Part shown: piece by piece, positions 1 through 9,434 of the stretch
How positions within the stretch are numbered: position 1 is the stretch's first letter
Layout of the letters: each line of letters begins with the position of its first letter
Assembly: GCA_000092065.1 (NCBI GenBank)
Contig: CP000601.1
Length of the DNA: 64,000 bases
Reading direction: 5' to 3' (one strand)
Source: Ostreococcus lucimarinus
Taxonomy: Eukaryota
Notes under the pieces: generated by a model
What the model saw: only the letters and a program-made list of their open reading frames with translations
Told to the model about the DNA's origin: nothing
The model's database searches: none
Program-made: the position numbers and the translations under genes

Positions 1-49
1 CGTATCGTCAGTCATACAAACTCGTCTCCACCCTCGTTTCCACCCTCGC

Positions 50-104
50 CTCGTCTCGTCTCGTCTCCACCCTCGTCTCGTCTCGTCTCGTCTCGTCTCG
101 TCGA
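50..104. repeat. (CTCGT)n-like pentanucleotide microsatellite upstream of the IDH gene
   Basis: Direct reading: ctcgtctcgtctcgtctcgtctcgtctcgtcg. A (GTC)9 tract follows at about 268-298. Confidence 0.7.
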
Positions 105-594
105 TGTCGTCTCTCGGCGCGCGCGTCCACCCTTCCTCGCGCTCGCACGCACCGCATCCCGTCTCGCATCGCTCCCGCGTCCATCATCGTCGTCCGTCCA
201 CGCCGCGGAATCCCGCGTCGTCGACGCCGTCCCTCGCATCGCGCGCGCTCGCGTTCGCGTCCCGCGCCGTCGTCGTCGTCGTCGTCGTCGTCGTCGGTCG
301 TTCGTGCCGCCGCCTCAATCTCGACCGTTCACGCCGTGCGCGCGCGTCCAGACGTCCGCGCGTCCACGCGTCGCGCGCGACGTTCGCTCTCGAACCCTCG
401 TCGATTCGTCGCCGCGCTCGCGCGACGTCCTCGCGCGCGCGTCTGCGGGCGGCGCGTCGTCGCGCGCGCGCGGGGTCGTATTGGTCCGTGTGGGCTTGAC
501 CGAGCCCCCACACACGCGGGTGTTTTCGGTTACCCGCGACGACCGACGCGCGCGGCGCGCGAGAGCGCGACGCGAGCGACGCGCGACGCGAGCG

Positions 595-696
595 ATGCGC
601 GGTGACGTCGCGCGAGCGATCGCGCGGGCGTCGAGACGCGCGATGACGACGCAGACGCACGCGCGAGGCGAAAGAATGGCGATGGCGAAAACGATC

Positions 697-727
<31 letters not shown>

Positions 728-1992
728 GGACGACGCGCGCGAGCGCGAGCGCGCGACGGATGATGAGCGCGAACGCGTCGAAGATCACGGCGGCGCCGAT
801 GGTGTACGTGCGGGGAGAGGAGATGACGGCGTACGTCATGGATTTGATTCGCGCGAAGTGGATCGAGCCGCGCGTGGACACGACGGCGTGGCGAGAGTTT
901 GATTTGCGAGCGAAGAATCGAGACGATACCGAAGATCAGGTGCTGCGAGACGTGATCGAGGCCGGGAAGGCGGTGAAGGCGATATTTAAGGAACCGACGG
1001 TGACGCCGACGGCGGATCAAGTGAAACGATTGGGGTTGCGAAAGAGCTGGGGGTCGCCGAACGGCGCGATGCGACGCGGATGGAACGGGATTACCATTTC
1101 TCGAGACACCATTCACATCGATGGCGTGGAATTGGGATATAAGAAACCGGTGTTCTTCGAGCGACACGCCGTGGGCGGGGAGTACGCGGCGGGGTACAAG
1201 AATGTGGGCAAAGGGACTTTGGTCACGACGTTTACGCCGAGCGAAGGCCCAGACGCGGGGAAACCTGTCGAGGTCGATTCGCGCACGATCACCGACAACG
1301 AAGCGGCGGTGGTGACGTACCACAATCCGTACGATAACGTGCACGAGCTCGCGCGTTTCTTCTTCGGTCGATGCCTCGAAGCGAAGATTACGCCGTACGT
1401 CGTGACGAAGAAGACGGTGTTCAAATGGCAAGAGCCGTTTTGGCAAATCATGAAGAAAGTTTTCGACGAAGAGTACAAGTCCAAGTTCGTCGACGCTGGG
1501 GTGATGAAGTCCGGTGACGAGCTCGTGCACTTACTGTCCGACGCGGCGACGATGAAGCTCGTGCAATGGCGCCAAGGCGGATTCGGCATGGCGGCGCACA
1601 ACTACGACGGCGACGTTTTGACGGATGAGTTAGCCCAGATCCACAAGTCCCCGGGTTTCATCACGAGTAACTTGGTCGGCGTCGATGAAAACGGTACGCT
1701 TATCAAAGAATTTGAAGCCTCGCACGGCACCGTCGCCGACATGGACGAAGCGCGTCTGCGCGGCGAAGAGACCTCTCTCAATCCTCTCGGCATGGTTGAA
1801 GGTTTAATCGGCGCCATGAACCACGCCGCCGACGTTCACAACGTCGACAAAGAGCGTACGTTAGCGTTTACCGCTAAAATGCGCGCCGTGATTCACCAAC
1901 TCTTCCGCGAAGGCAAAGGCACGCGCGATTTGAGCGGCCCCTCTGGTTTAACCACCGAACAATTCGTCGACGCCGTCGCCGAACGTCTTTGA
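595..1992 (+). CDS. IDH: NADP-dependent isocitrate dehydrogenase, eukaryotic IDH1/IDH2 type, with an N-terminal presequence containing a poly-Thr run
   Basis: ORF 304..1992. The translation from KITAAPMVYVRGEEMT..WIEP..NRDDTEDQV..SPNGAMRRGWNG..NYDGDVLTDELAQ..GTVADMDE follows the dimeric NADP-IDH family along its whole length. The first in-frame ATGs are at 595, 643 and 676, and the upstream part of the ORF is low-complexity 5' sequence. A TTTTTTTT run encoded by (ACG)n lies at about 697-723. Confidence 0.9.
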
Positions 1993-2269
1993 TTTCGATG
2001 GCGTCTCTCACACCCTTGTCATACTAGTGCCGCGTCATTATTACATCACATCACCACCATTAGGCTCGCGCTTTCGATCGCGTCGCGTTTCCCATCGAAC
2101 GAGCGCGCGGCGAGACGTTTTCGTCCCCGAACCGCGCTCTCGACGACGTCCTAACCCTGGACATTAACGTCGGTATCGTCGTAATTTGACCCTAACGCTG
2201 GCGTCACTCGCCGTCGAACGACGCCCGCGTCGTCTGCAATCGCGCATCGCTCGACGAATCGCACGAACG

Positions 2270-3307
2270 ATGAGCTTTGCCACCCAAGCGGCCGCGTCCG
2301 ACGGCGCTAAGAAGCCGCAAGAGCCCAAGGCGCCGGTAAAAGCCGTCGAACTCGACGGCGGCGCCGCGCTCAAGATCATGAAACATTGCGCCGACGCCGC
2401 GCCCGGGAGCGCGACCGGACAGCTGTTGGGGCTGGATATCGGCGCGAGCCTCGACGTGACGGCGTGCTTTCCGTTTCCCAAGGTGACCGCGGACGATCAG
2501 TACGATCCGGACGGCTCGTTCGCCGCGGAGGAGGGCGCGGCGTATCAACTCGACATGATGCGGTGCTTGCGAGAGATTAATGTGGATTCGAACATCGTTG
2601 GATGGTATCAGAGCACGTATCTCGGGACGTTTTATAACGAGGAACTCATCGCGACGTTTTTGTCCTACTCCGAGAGCTTGCAGCGCTGCGTGTGCGTGGC
2701 GTACGATCCGACGTACGCGGAGCAAGGCGTGTGCGCGTTGAAGGCGTTGAAACTGAGTGAAAAGTTTATCGAGGCGTATAAGAATGGCAACGGAGAGTTG
2801 ACCGTGGAACAGATTCATGAGAAAGGGTTGAAGTGGAATGATGTCGTGGTGGAGGTGCCGCTGACGATTAGGAATAGCGCGCTCGCCACGGCGGTGATGG
2901 GCGAGTTGATGCGAGACAAGGATGTGACGCTCAACGACACCGATTACGAGAGATTGGATTTGAGCACGGCGCCGTTCGTGGAGGAGAACATGAAGTTGCT
3001 CGGCGAGTGCATGGAGGATTTCGCGAACGAGCAGCAGCGTGTGGCGTATTACCAGCGCAACATGCAGCGGTACCAGTCGCAACACGCCCACTGGTTGCAC
3101 AAGCGTCGTCAAGAAAACGCGCGTCGACGCGCCGCAGGGGAGGACTTGCTTCCGGAAGAAGATCCCAACTACAAAGCTCCGCAACCGCCGAGTCGCTTGG
3201 AGAACTTTTTGATCACCAACCAAGTCGCTGAGCACGTGACTCACCTCGAAAATTTCACCAAGAAGACGTCGGCCAAGCTCGATTTGGTCACCGCGCTGGG
3301 GAAGTAA
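2270..3307 (+). CDS. EIF3H: Translation initiation factor eIF3 subunit H (MPN/JAB domain)
   Basis: ORF 2186..3307. From the ATG at 2270 the product is 345 aa. VELDGGAALKIMKHC...GQLLGLD...VGWYQS is an MPN-domain opening typical of eIF3h, and the length fits. Confidence 0.7.
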   Translation: MSFATQAAASDGAKKPQEPKAPVKAVELDGGAALKIMKHCADAAPGSATGQLLGLDIGASLDVTACFPFPKVTADDQYDPDGSFAAEEGAAYQLDMMRCLREINVDSNIVGWYQSTYLGTFYNEELIATFLSYSESLQRCVCVAYDPTYAEQGVCALKALKLSEKFIEAYKNGNGELTVEQIHEKGLKWNDVVVEVPLTIRNSALATAVMGELMRDKDVTLNDTDYERLDLSTAPFVEENMKLLGECMEDFANEQQRVAYYQRNMQRYQSQHAHWLHKRRQENARRRAAGEDLLPEEDPNYKAPQPPSRLENFLITNQVAEHVTHLENFTKKTSAKLDLVTALGK

Positions 3308-3537
3308 AGTCGTAGCACATCACTCATCTTGTTGCAACAACACACGAAGACGCTAGCAGTTTTGGCACTTCCTGACGTCTCCACGCGTCTACCGTTCACG
3401 CATCGAACTGTCGGCGTCCCGAGCGCGCGCCGAGGCGTTGACTCGCGTCTCGCGCGTCCGCCGCGGCGCCTCCCTCACACACCGACTCCGCGCGTCCCTC
3501 GACGGCGCGCGCTCGACGCGAACGCATCACGGTCGCG

Positions 3538-4431
3538 ATGATGGTGGCCATCCCCCCCGCCCTCGCGCGCGCGCACGACGCGTTCGCGACGCTGGAACCG
3601 TTCCTCGCGCCCCTGGGCGAGTGGACCGCGAAAGTCGTCACCGGAAACCCCGCGCACGACGTCGCTCGCGCGCTATTCACGTACTACTTCATGTCCATCG
3701 CGTGTAACGCGTTCATCATGCTCGTGTCCCTGTGTTTCAGCCGCAGAGTCGTCGGGGCGAAGCGTTTCGACGCGATGAAGCCGCACGAGCGAACGACTTG
3801 GCACACGAATTTGTGCACGTTTTGGCCCGCGTTCGCGGTCACGGCGTACGCGCTGCCGGCGATCGCGACATTTTCGGGGAAGAGCGATTCGTTCGTGAGC
3901 GATGTGAGCGCGCTGACGTCGAAGGCGTGTGGGTTGTCGATCGGTTACATGACGTGGGACTTGGGAGTGATTTTAGCGCGTTGGGACGATCAAGTCGTGG
4001 CGTATGGAGGGAAAGGCGCGCTGTACTTGTTCATCGTGCATCACGTGTTTTCCATCGTGCTGTGGCCGTACGCGCTGATGCGACACTTGTGCGCGTATCA
4101 CATAAACTATTTTCTCGTGAGCGAGGTGACGAATTTTAACATGTCGCTTCGATGGATTTTAGCGGCTCTAAACATGTCCAACACGAAACTGTATTTGATC
4201 AACGGCTTGGCGTGGATTCCATTGTTTTTGGGCGTCCGCGTGGTTGTCATACCGCGACTTTTCGCGGCGTACATGAACTCGGATTGGGGAGTATTGACGA
4301 CGCCACAATACTACGCCGCGCTTTTGACGCTTCCCATTCCGTCGCTCTTAAACTTGTATTGGGCGCAACAAATCGTCGTCGGAGCGGCGAAATTCTTAAT
4401 CACGGGCGAGGACGTGCTGAAACAAGATTAG
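3538..4431 (+). CDS. TLC (TRAM/LAG1/CLN8) domain multi-pass membrane protein
   Basis: 297 aa with about six hydrophobic helices. The GYMTWDL and FIVHHVFS motifs resemble the TLC/TLCD family. Confidence 0.5.
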   Translation: MMVAIPPALARAHDAFATLEPFLAPLGEWTAKVVTGNPAHDVARALFTYYFMSIACNAFIMLVSLCFSRRVVGAKRFDAMKPHERTTWHTNLCTFWPAFAVTAYALPAIATFSGKSDSFVSDVSALTSKACGLSIGYMTWDLGVILARWDDQVVAYGGKGALYLFIVHHVFSIVLWPYALMRHLCAYHINYFLVSEVTNFNMSLRWILAALNMSNTKLYLINGLAWIPLFLGVRVVVIPRLFAAYMNSDWGVLTTPQYYAALLTLPIPSLLNLYWAQQIVVGAAKFLITGEDVLKQD

Positions 4432-4502
4432 TTCTCGCGTAGCAAACAGGTTGTAAACGAGGGCAAAGTTAAGAAATGCTTTGTGCGTAAAAAATACATG
4501 GT

Positions 4503-5159
4503 CTAAAACGGCGCCGTCACGCCTCTCGCGGACAACTCCGCGTACACCTCGTAAGCGATGGCTAACATCGCTAATCGTCCATGAATCATCTCCTTACGCG
4601 CGGTGAAGATTCCGACATCCTTCTTACTTTTGGGATCGCCGCCGTACGTCTTCCCCAAAAAGCTCGGCGCCGCCGACGCCGCGGCGACCACCGCCAACAC
4701 CGCCGCGAACAACAACACGTGATCGTGCGCTTGCGTCACGAACCCCGTTCCCGTGGTGTACTGCCGCCACAGTCCGCACACGATCCCAATCTGCGCCGCT
4801 CGTCCGTTTACCGTCTCGGGCGCCCAACCCGAGAACGCCAGCGCGTCGAACGCGCTTCTTCCCTCCACGCGTCCTCCTCGCGCGTCTCGCGTCGCCTTCG
4901 CGCGCTCAAGAGCCTCACTCACGGGCACCATGACGTTATCGTTCGCTTTCGGCGCCTCCACCGCGCTCGATCGCACCGCTCGACGTCGCTGTTCGTTCGG
5001 TGGCGGAGTCGACGTCGACGAACTCGACGCCGCCGCCGCGTCTTTTCGACGGAACGGACACGCCGACCCGAGCGCGCACGAGCGCACGGCGGTGTACATT
5101 TTCGCGCGCGCGACTTTTCGGGGCGAGCGTCGCGGAGTGCGGCGGTGGCGACGCGCCAC
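4503..5159 (-). CDS. Two-helix light-harvesting-like protein (LHC motif, SEP/LIL/ELIP-related), probably plastid-targeted
   Basis: Two chlorophyll-binding LHC motifs: ETVNGRAAQIGIVCGLW and EMIHGRLAMLAIAYEVY (the E..NGR..M pattern). The N-terminus is Ser/Ala-rich and transit-peptide-like. An alternative ATG at 5099 gives a product starting MYTAV. Confidence 0.6.
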   Translation of the reverse strand: MARRHRRTPRRSPRKVARAKMYTAVRSCALGSACPFRRKDAAAASSSSTSTPPPNEQRRRAVRSSAVEAPKANDNVMVPVSEALERAKATRDARGGRVEGRSAFDALAFSGWAPETVNGRAAQIGIVCGLWRQYTTGTGFVTQAHDHVLLFAAVLAVVAAASAAPSFLGKTYGGDPKSKKDVGIFTARKEMIHGRLAMLAIAYEVYAELSARGVTAPF

Positions 5160-5299
5160 TGAAAAGTGTGCGGCGCGTGGACAGACTGTGCGTCGCGTCG
5201 CGTCGAGGGTCGCAAAATTTTAATTCGTTTTACATGATTAGCGTCGACGCCGACGCGGGCCGACGTCGCGATGATGAACATTGATGCGCGCGATCGCGA

Positions 5300-7204
5300 T
5301 CACGGCCCCGAGGCGCAGAGCTTGGCGCCGAAAGCCACGCACGAAAAGAATTTCGCCTTGACGAGGACGAAGAGCCAGTGCAGCGAACCGTTTGGCTGAA
5401 TGCTCGTCGTGAAACTCACGAGGACGCTGACTATGGTGAACAGAAGACCGTACGTCGCGATGCGTTCGTTGATGCGCTGTAAGCGCACTTCCACGGATGC
5501 TTGGACGAGGGAAGTGGTGCGCTCGAGGGCGTCGCTGAGAATTTTCGCTTGCTCGGCGACGGCGTAGATGGTGCTCACCGCCGGGTCGATGCGCTTCTTG
5601 ACGAAGAGCGGTAAGAAGCGAATCTCGTACCCGAGACGCGTGAAACTGGCTTCTGCTAGGCGAAGCTCGATGATCTCGAGATACGACGCCGTCGTGAGGG
5701 CGACGAGCTTCGTTCGCGTCACGAGCTGCGTGATGGCTTGCTCGAGTTCGGTGATTTGCGTCACAAACTCTTGCTGGTCTTTGTGCCCGCGCGCAGTGGC
5801 TTTCGATCGGCGCAGCTCGCGCGATAGCGTTTCGTACCGCTCGTTCAAGCCGGCTAGAAGTGGGAACTTGGACTTGGCCATGGGTAAACGTTGCAGAATC
5901 ATGAGTCGATATTGCTCGAGGGCGAAGAAGCGTTGCAACTGTCGCCCCGCGCGAATAAACGTGCTGTCTCCCGGGGGCACGACCACGAGCGTGGTCATCG
6001 CGCCCGAATCATCGAGCTCATAGTTGGCAAACATGCGACTCCCATCGCCTATGCCACATCCCACGAGCGAGCCGGCGTCCCATTCCAATACCGCGTCTTC
6101 CTCGTCCATCGACGCGTTGACCTTGTCCTCGTACAGCGTCGATCCGAGCGCTTTGCGAATGGCGTTCAATTCTTTCAGCGTCGGCTCTTCGCTTCGCGAT
6201 GGCTGCGAAAGCTGTCTAAATACCGCGTGATTCACCAAGAAAACCTTGCCCGGAATGTCAGCCAACCAATCGTGCGGTAACAACCACTGCCACGGCGTGA
6301 TGCGCGTTCCGAGCGACGCCTTCATGTTCCCCGGACCGCTCAGCGTGATCGTCTCGAATTCCGTGTGCCTTTGCATGCGTAAGTTGAACCCAGAGCCAAG
6401 ATTCAGCGTGACGTCGGACCAACCGCGTTCGATACCGTCGAGCGTTTCTTCCACGAGCTCCTTCGGCATGGTGTAGTGCGCCAAGAGTTGCTCGATGCAC
6501 TCGCGATACGCCAACCCTTCCTCGCGCGTGAACTTCCCGGTTTCATCGTACTCGCGATACCACGCTATGTGTAGAACTTCACCCTTCAACGGCACAAACG
6601 GTCGCGACCGCGTCTCCGCGCTCAACGCTCGCCTTTGTCCGAGCCCGCGGTCCGCCGTCGACTTCTTCGCCTCTCGTCCCTCCGCGTCCTCGTCCACCGA
6701 CTCGCTCGTCGACGCCTCGCTCGCGCCGGCGTCACCGTTCGCACCATCATCCACCACCACCGCGGACGCGTCCTCGCCCTCCATCGCTTCGACGTCCTCG
6801 TCCCGAACGCTCGTCGTTCGCGCGTCGCTCGCGCGCGTCCTCGTCCCGCGCGTCGTCGCGCTCGACCCGTCCCGCGCGTTCCAAGCGTCGAGCCATCGCG
6901 ATGCGCGCGTCGCGCGCGCCGCGCGCATCGCGTCTTCAACGCGCGCGCGCGCCGCGTCGTCGCCGATCGTCGCGCGTCGCGTCGCGCGCGCGTCGAAACC
7001 GCTTTCCGAACGCCCCCTCTCGAGCGCGCGTCGCGCCTTCGTCCGTCGCGCGCGTCGCGCGTCGCGCGCGACGACGCGCGCCGGCGCGCGCGCGGGCGCG
7101 ACGCGCATGTTCGCGGCGACGCGCGTCGAGCGCGCGATCGCGCGTCGCGAATTGACGCGCGGCGCGGCGTCGCCGCGACTCTTATCCGTCCCGGTCGCAC
7201 TCAC
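5300..7204 (-). CDS. Uncharacterised conserved-looking protein with a long Arg/Ala-rich low-complexity N-terminus and a single C-terminal TM helix
   Basis: 634-aa ORF. The C-terminal roughly 400 aa are non-repetitive (HIAWYREYDETGKF...LLFTIVSVLVSF) and read as real protein. The N-terminal roughly 230 aa may partly be 5'UTR read-through, so the true start is uncertain. Confidence 0.45.
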   Translation of the reverse strand: MSATGTDKSRGDAAPRVNSRRAIARSTRVAANMRVAPARAPARVVARDARRARRTKARRALERGRSESGFDARATRRATIGDDAARARVEDAMRAARATRASRWLDAWNARDGSSATTRGTRTRASDARTTSVRDEDVEAMEGEDASAVVVDDGANGDAGASEASTSESVDEDAEGREAKKSTADRGLGQRRALSAETRSRPFVPLKGEVLHIAWYREYDETGKFTREEGLAYRECIEQLLAHYTMPKELVEETLDGIERGWSDVTLNLGSGFNLRMQRHTEFETITLSGPGNMKASLGTRITPWQWLLPHDWLADIPGKVFLVNHAVFRQLSQPSRSEEPTLKELNAIRKALGSTLYEDKVNASMDEEDAVLEWDAGSLVGCGIGDGSRMFANYELDDSGAMTTLVVVPPGDSTFIRAGRQLQRFFALEQYRLMILQRLPMAKSKFPLLAGLNERYETLSRELRRSKATARGHKDQQEFVTQITELEQAITQLVTRTKLVALTTASYLEIIELRLAEASFTRLGYEIRFLPLFVKKRIDPAVSTIYAVAEQAKILSDALERTTSLVQASVEVRLQRINERIATYGLLFTIVSVLVSFTTSIQPNGSLHWLFVLVKAKFFSCVAFGAKLCASGP

Positions 7205-7254
7205 GCGCGCGCGACGGCGACGCGCGCGCGCGAGCGACGCGCGCGGGCGGCGAC

Positions 7255-9315
7255 ATGCGGTGGGTGCGCGCGGAGCGCGACGCGCGCGCGCGCGCGTCGA
7301 ACGCGGCGCGCGGGGAGGCGCAATCGCGCGATGAAGACGCGCGCGCGTCGACGTCGGCGGATGCCGAAGCGGCGCGGGCGGCGTCGCTGCGCCCGGCGAC
7401 GCGGGCGAACGTTCGACGGGAGATCATGACGATGAACGACGGCACCGAACGCGAGATCACGGTGGACGCGCGGTTTAAGTGCGCGAAGTGCGCGCGCGGG
7501 AGCTCGTGCTTCGCCGTGCACCGAGCGACGAGCGCGGTGAGCGGGATGCGAGCGAAACGGCGGTATAACGAACGGAAAAAGGCGAAAAAGACGAAGAGTA
7601 AATACGCGTCGGACGTCGAGGGCGGCGGGCGAGGGTCGAGGGCGCGCGCGGACGCGGATCCGGTCGGGGCGACGCTGGCGCTGATACGAGACGGACACAG
7701 GCCGACGGCGAAGACGTTTACGGCGGTGATTAGCACGCTAGGCGCGATGGGACGCGCGAAAGAGGCTTTGGACGATGTGTTGCCGATGATCGAGGAGTAT
7801 GGCGATGACGTCGATGTGGCGGTGTGGAACGCCGTGGCGCACGCGTTTTGCGCCGGCGGAGACCCGGCGGGGGCGGAGAAAATCGTGGATAGAATGGTCG
7901 GCGAAGACGGCGTGGGCGTGAACGGGGCGACGCATCCGGAGATCATATACACGTACGCGAAGCGTGGAGAGGCAAATAGAGTGTATAGGTTGATCAGACG
8001 AATGTCGAGCGAGCATGGAATAATCCCAGACGAACGCGCGTATAACGCGTTTTTGCGAGGCTTGTGCGAGCGGGACGATCTCGAGGACGCCGAGGAAGTG
8101 CTCAGACGATGGAACAACGAAAAGTTCGACTTGGAGCGACAGAGTGACCGCGGTGGGCGAGTGTCGAAGCCGAGCGCGGCGTCATACGGGTTACTCATCG
8201 ACGCGTGGACGCGTCGCGGAAACATGCTCGCCGCGCGCAAGCTTTTACAACAGATGCAATGGGAGCGCATCGCGCCCTCACTGCCGCTGTTTAACATGCT
8301 CATAGACGGATACCTCAAGCAAGAAAACATGCGCGCTGCGGAAGGGCTGTTTCGCGAGCTCGAATCGAGTGGAACGTGGGATATGGAGTCGTTGGGGATC
8401 AAACCAGACAACGTGACGTACACGTTGTTTTTAGATTATTGGGCGAATCAAGGCCAAGTCGACGCGTGCGAGCGAATCTTCAATCGCATGCATCGCAAGG
8501 AAGTCGCGCCAGACGTCACAGCTTACGGGACGTTGGTAAAGGCGTACGCGCGCGCGCGCGATTCCGACGGCGCTGAGGCGGTTTTGGATCGACTCGCCGA
8601 GGCAAAGGTGGCTCCGTCGGTGGCTATTTACAGCGCCGTCGTCGCCGCACATTGTACGATTGGTAACATGTCGCGCGCGCGCGACGTACTCGAGCGCATG
8701 TTCGACGCGGGCTTGCGCCCGAACGAGCGTACGTTCGCTCATTTCGCGTGGGGATACGGCCAACTGGAAGACATCAACGGTATTGCCGAGGTGGCGAAGT
8801 TAATGCTCGCGAGCGGGCTCAAACTCAAGGGTGCGAACCGCACCGCCATCGTGCGCGCGTGCGAAGAGTGCGGAATGAGCATGAGCGCCGTACAAGCGCT
8901 GCTGGATCGAATCAATCCCGAAATGACGCAGCGCAAGGGCGTGTGGAAACGAGACGGCGGCGAGCCGAAACCCAAATCCAATCGAGCCGCCGCCGCCGCC
9001 GCCGACGAGGACCTCGAACCGTCAACGCTCGAACCGACGAAGACGAAAGAAATCTACGGAGGTCCGGAGTCCACCGCGCGTCGGGTGTCGCTTTCCCAGC
9101 GTGTAGAGTCCCTCGACGAAGACGACGACGACGGCGATACGGGCGCCGTGGACGCGCCGCCGGCGAGCTCGGATTGGCCTCGCAAAGTCTCCACTCGCGC
9201 CGTCGCCATCGCGCACCGCGCGTCCTCGCGCGCGCGCCCTATCCGTCGCACATTTACACGAACGAACGCGCGCGCGTTCGCGATCACGCGAGCCCTCGGC
9301 GCTGCTTCGATGTAA
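7255..9315 (+). CDS. Pentatricopeptide-repeat (PPR) protein with an acidic, low-complexity C-terminal tail
   Basis: Repeated 35-aa helical hairpins of PPR type (TFTAVISTLGAMGRAKEALDDV, AYNAFLRGLCERDDLEDAEEVL, SYGLLIDAWTRRGNMLAARKLLQQM, TYTLFLDYWANQGQVDACERIF, AYGTLVKAYARARDSDGAEAVL). The real start is probably the ATG at 7426 (MTMNDG). Confidence 0.75.
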   Translation: MRWVRAERDARARASNAARGEAQSRDEDARASTSADAEAARAASLRPATRANVRREIMTMNDGTEREITVDARFKCAKCARGSSCFAVHRATSAVSGMRAKRRYNERKKAKKTKSKYASDVEGGGRGSRARADADPVGATLALIRDGHRPTAKTFTAVISTLGAMGRAKEALDDVLPMIEEYGDDVDVAVWNAVAHAFCAGGDPAGAEKIVDRMVGEDGVGVNGATHPEIIYTYAKRGEANRVYRLIRRMSSEHGIIPDERAYNAFLRGLCERDDLEDAEEVLRRWNNEKFDLERQSDRGGRVSKPSAASYGLLIDAWTRRGNMLAARKLLQQMQWERIAPSLPLFNMLIDGYLKQENMRAAEGLFRELESSGTWDMESLGIKPDNVTYTLFLDYWANQGQVDACERIFNRMHRKEVAPDVTAYGTLVKAYARARDSDGAEAVLDRLAEAKVAPSVAIYSAVVAAHCTIGNMSRARDVLERMFDAGLRPNERTFAHFAWGYGQLEDINGIAEVAKLMLASGLKLKGANRTAIVRACEECGMSMSAVQALLDRINPEMTQRKGVWKRDGGEPKPKSNRAAAAAADEDLEPSTLEPTKTKEIYGGPESTARRVSLSQRVESLDEDDDDGDTGAVDAPPASSDWPRKVSTRAVAIAHRASSRARPIRRTFTRTNARAFAITRALGAASM

Positions 9316-9434
9316 TGTCAAACCGCTTCGCTTAGCTTCGCTCGCGTTCTCGCGCTTCGCCTCGCCGCGCGCCTCACCGCATTCATCGTCGCACCACCGT
9401 CGTCCGCGCGGGACGCGGCGCGCGCGCTCGCGCG

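Noticed and set aside
2204-3244. 346-aa minus-strand ORF antisense to eIF3h
   Set aside because: It has no motifs and a Leu/Arg/His-rich composition typical of antisense reading of GC3-biased coding DNA. The + strand product is a convincing MPN protein.
6495-7429. Plus-strand ORFs 6495..7334, 6635..7429 and 6901..7155, and minus ORFs 6622..7200 and 7201..7698
   Set aside because: All lie in the roughly 80 % GC block between two divergent genes. They are poly-Arg/Ala/Ser in every frame with no domain content.
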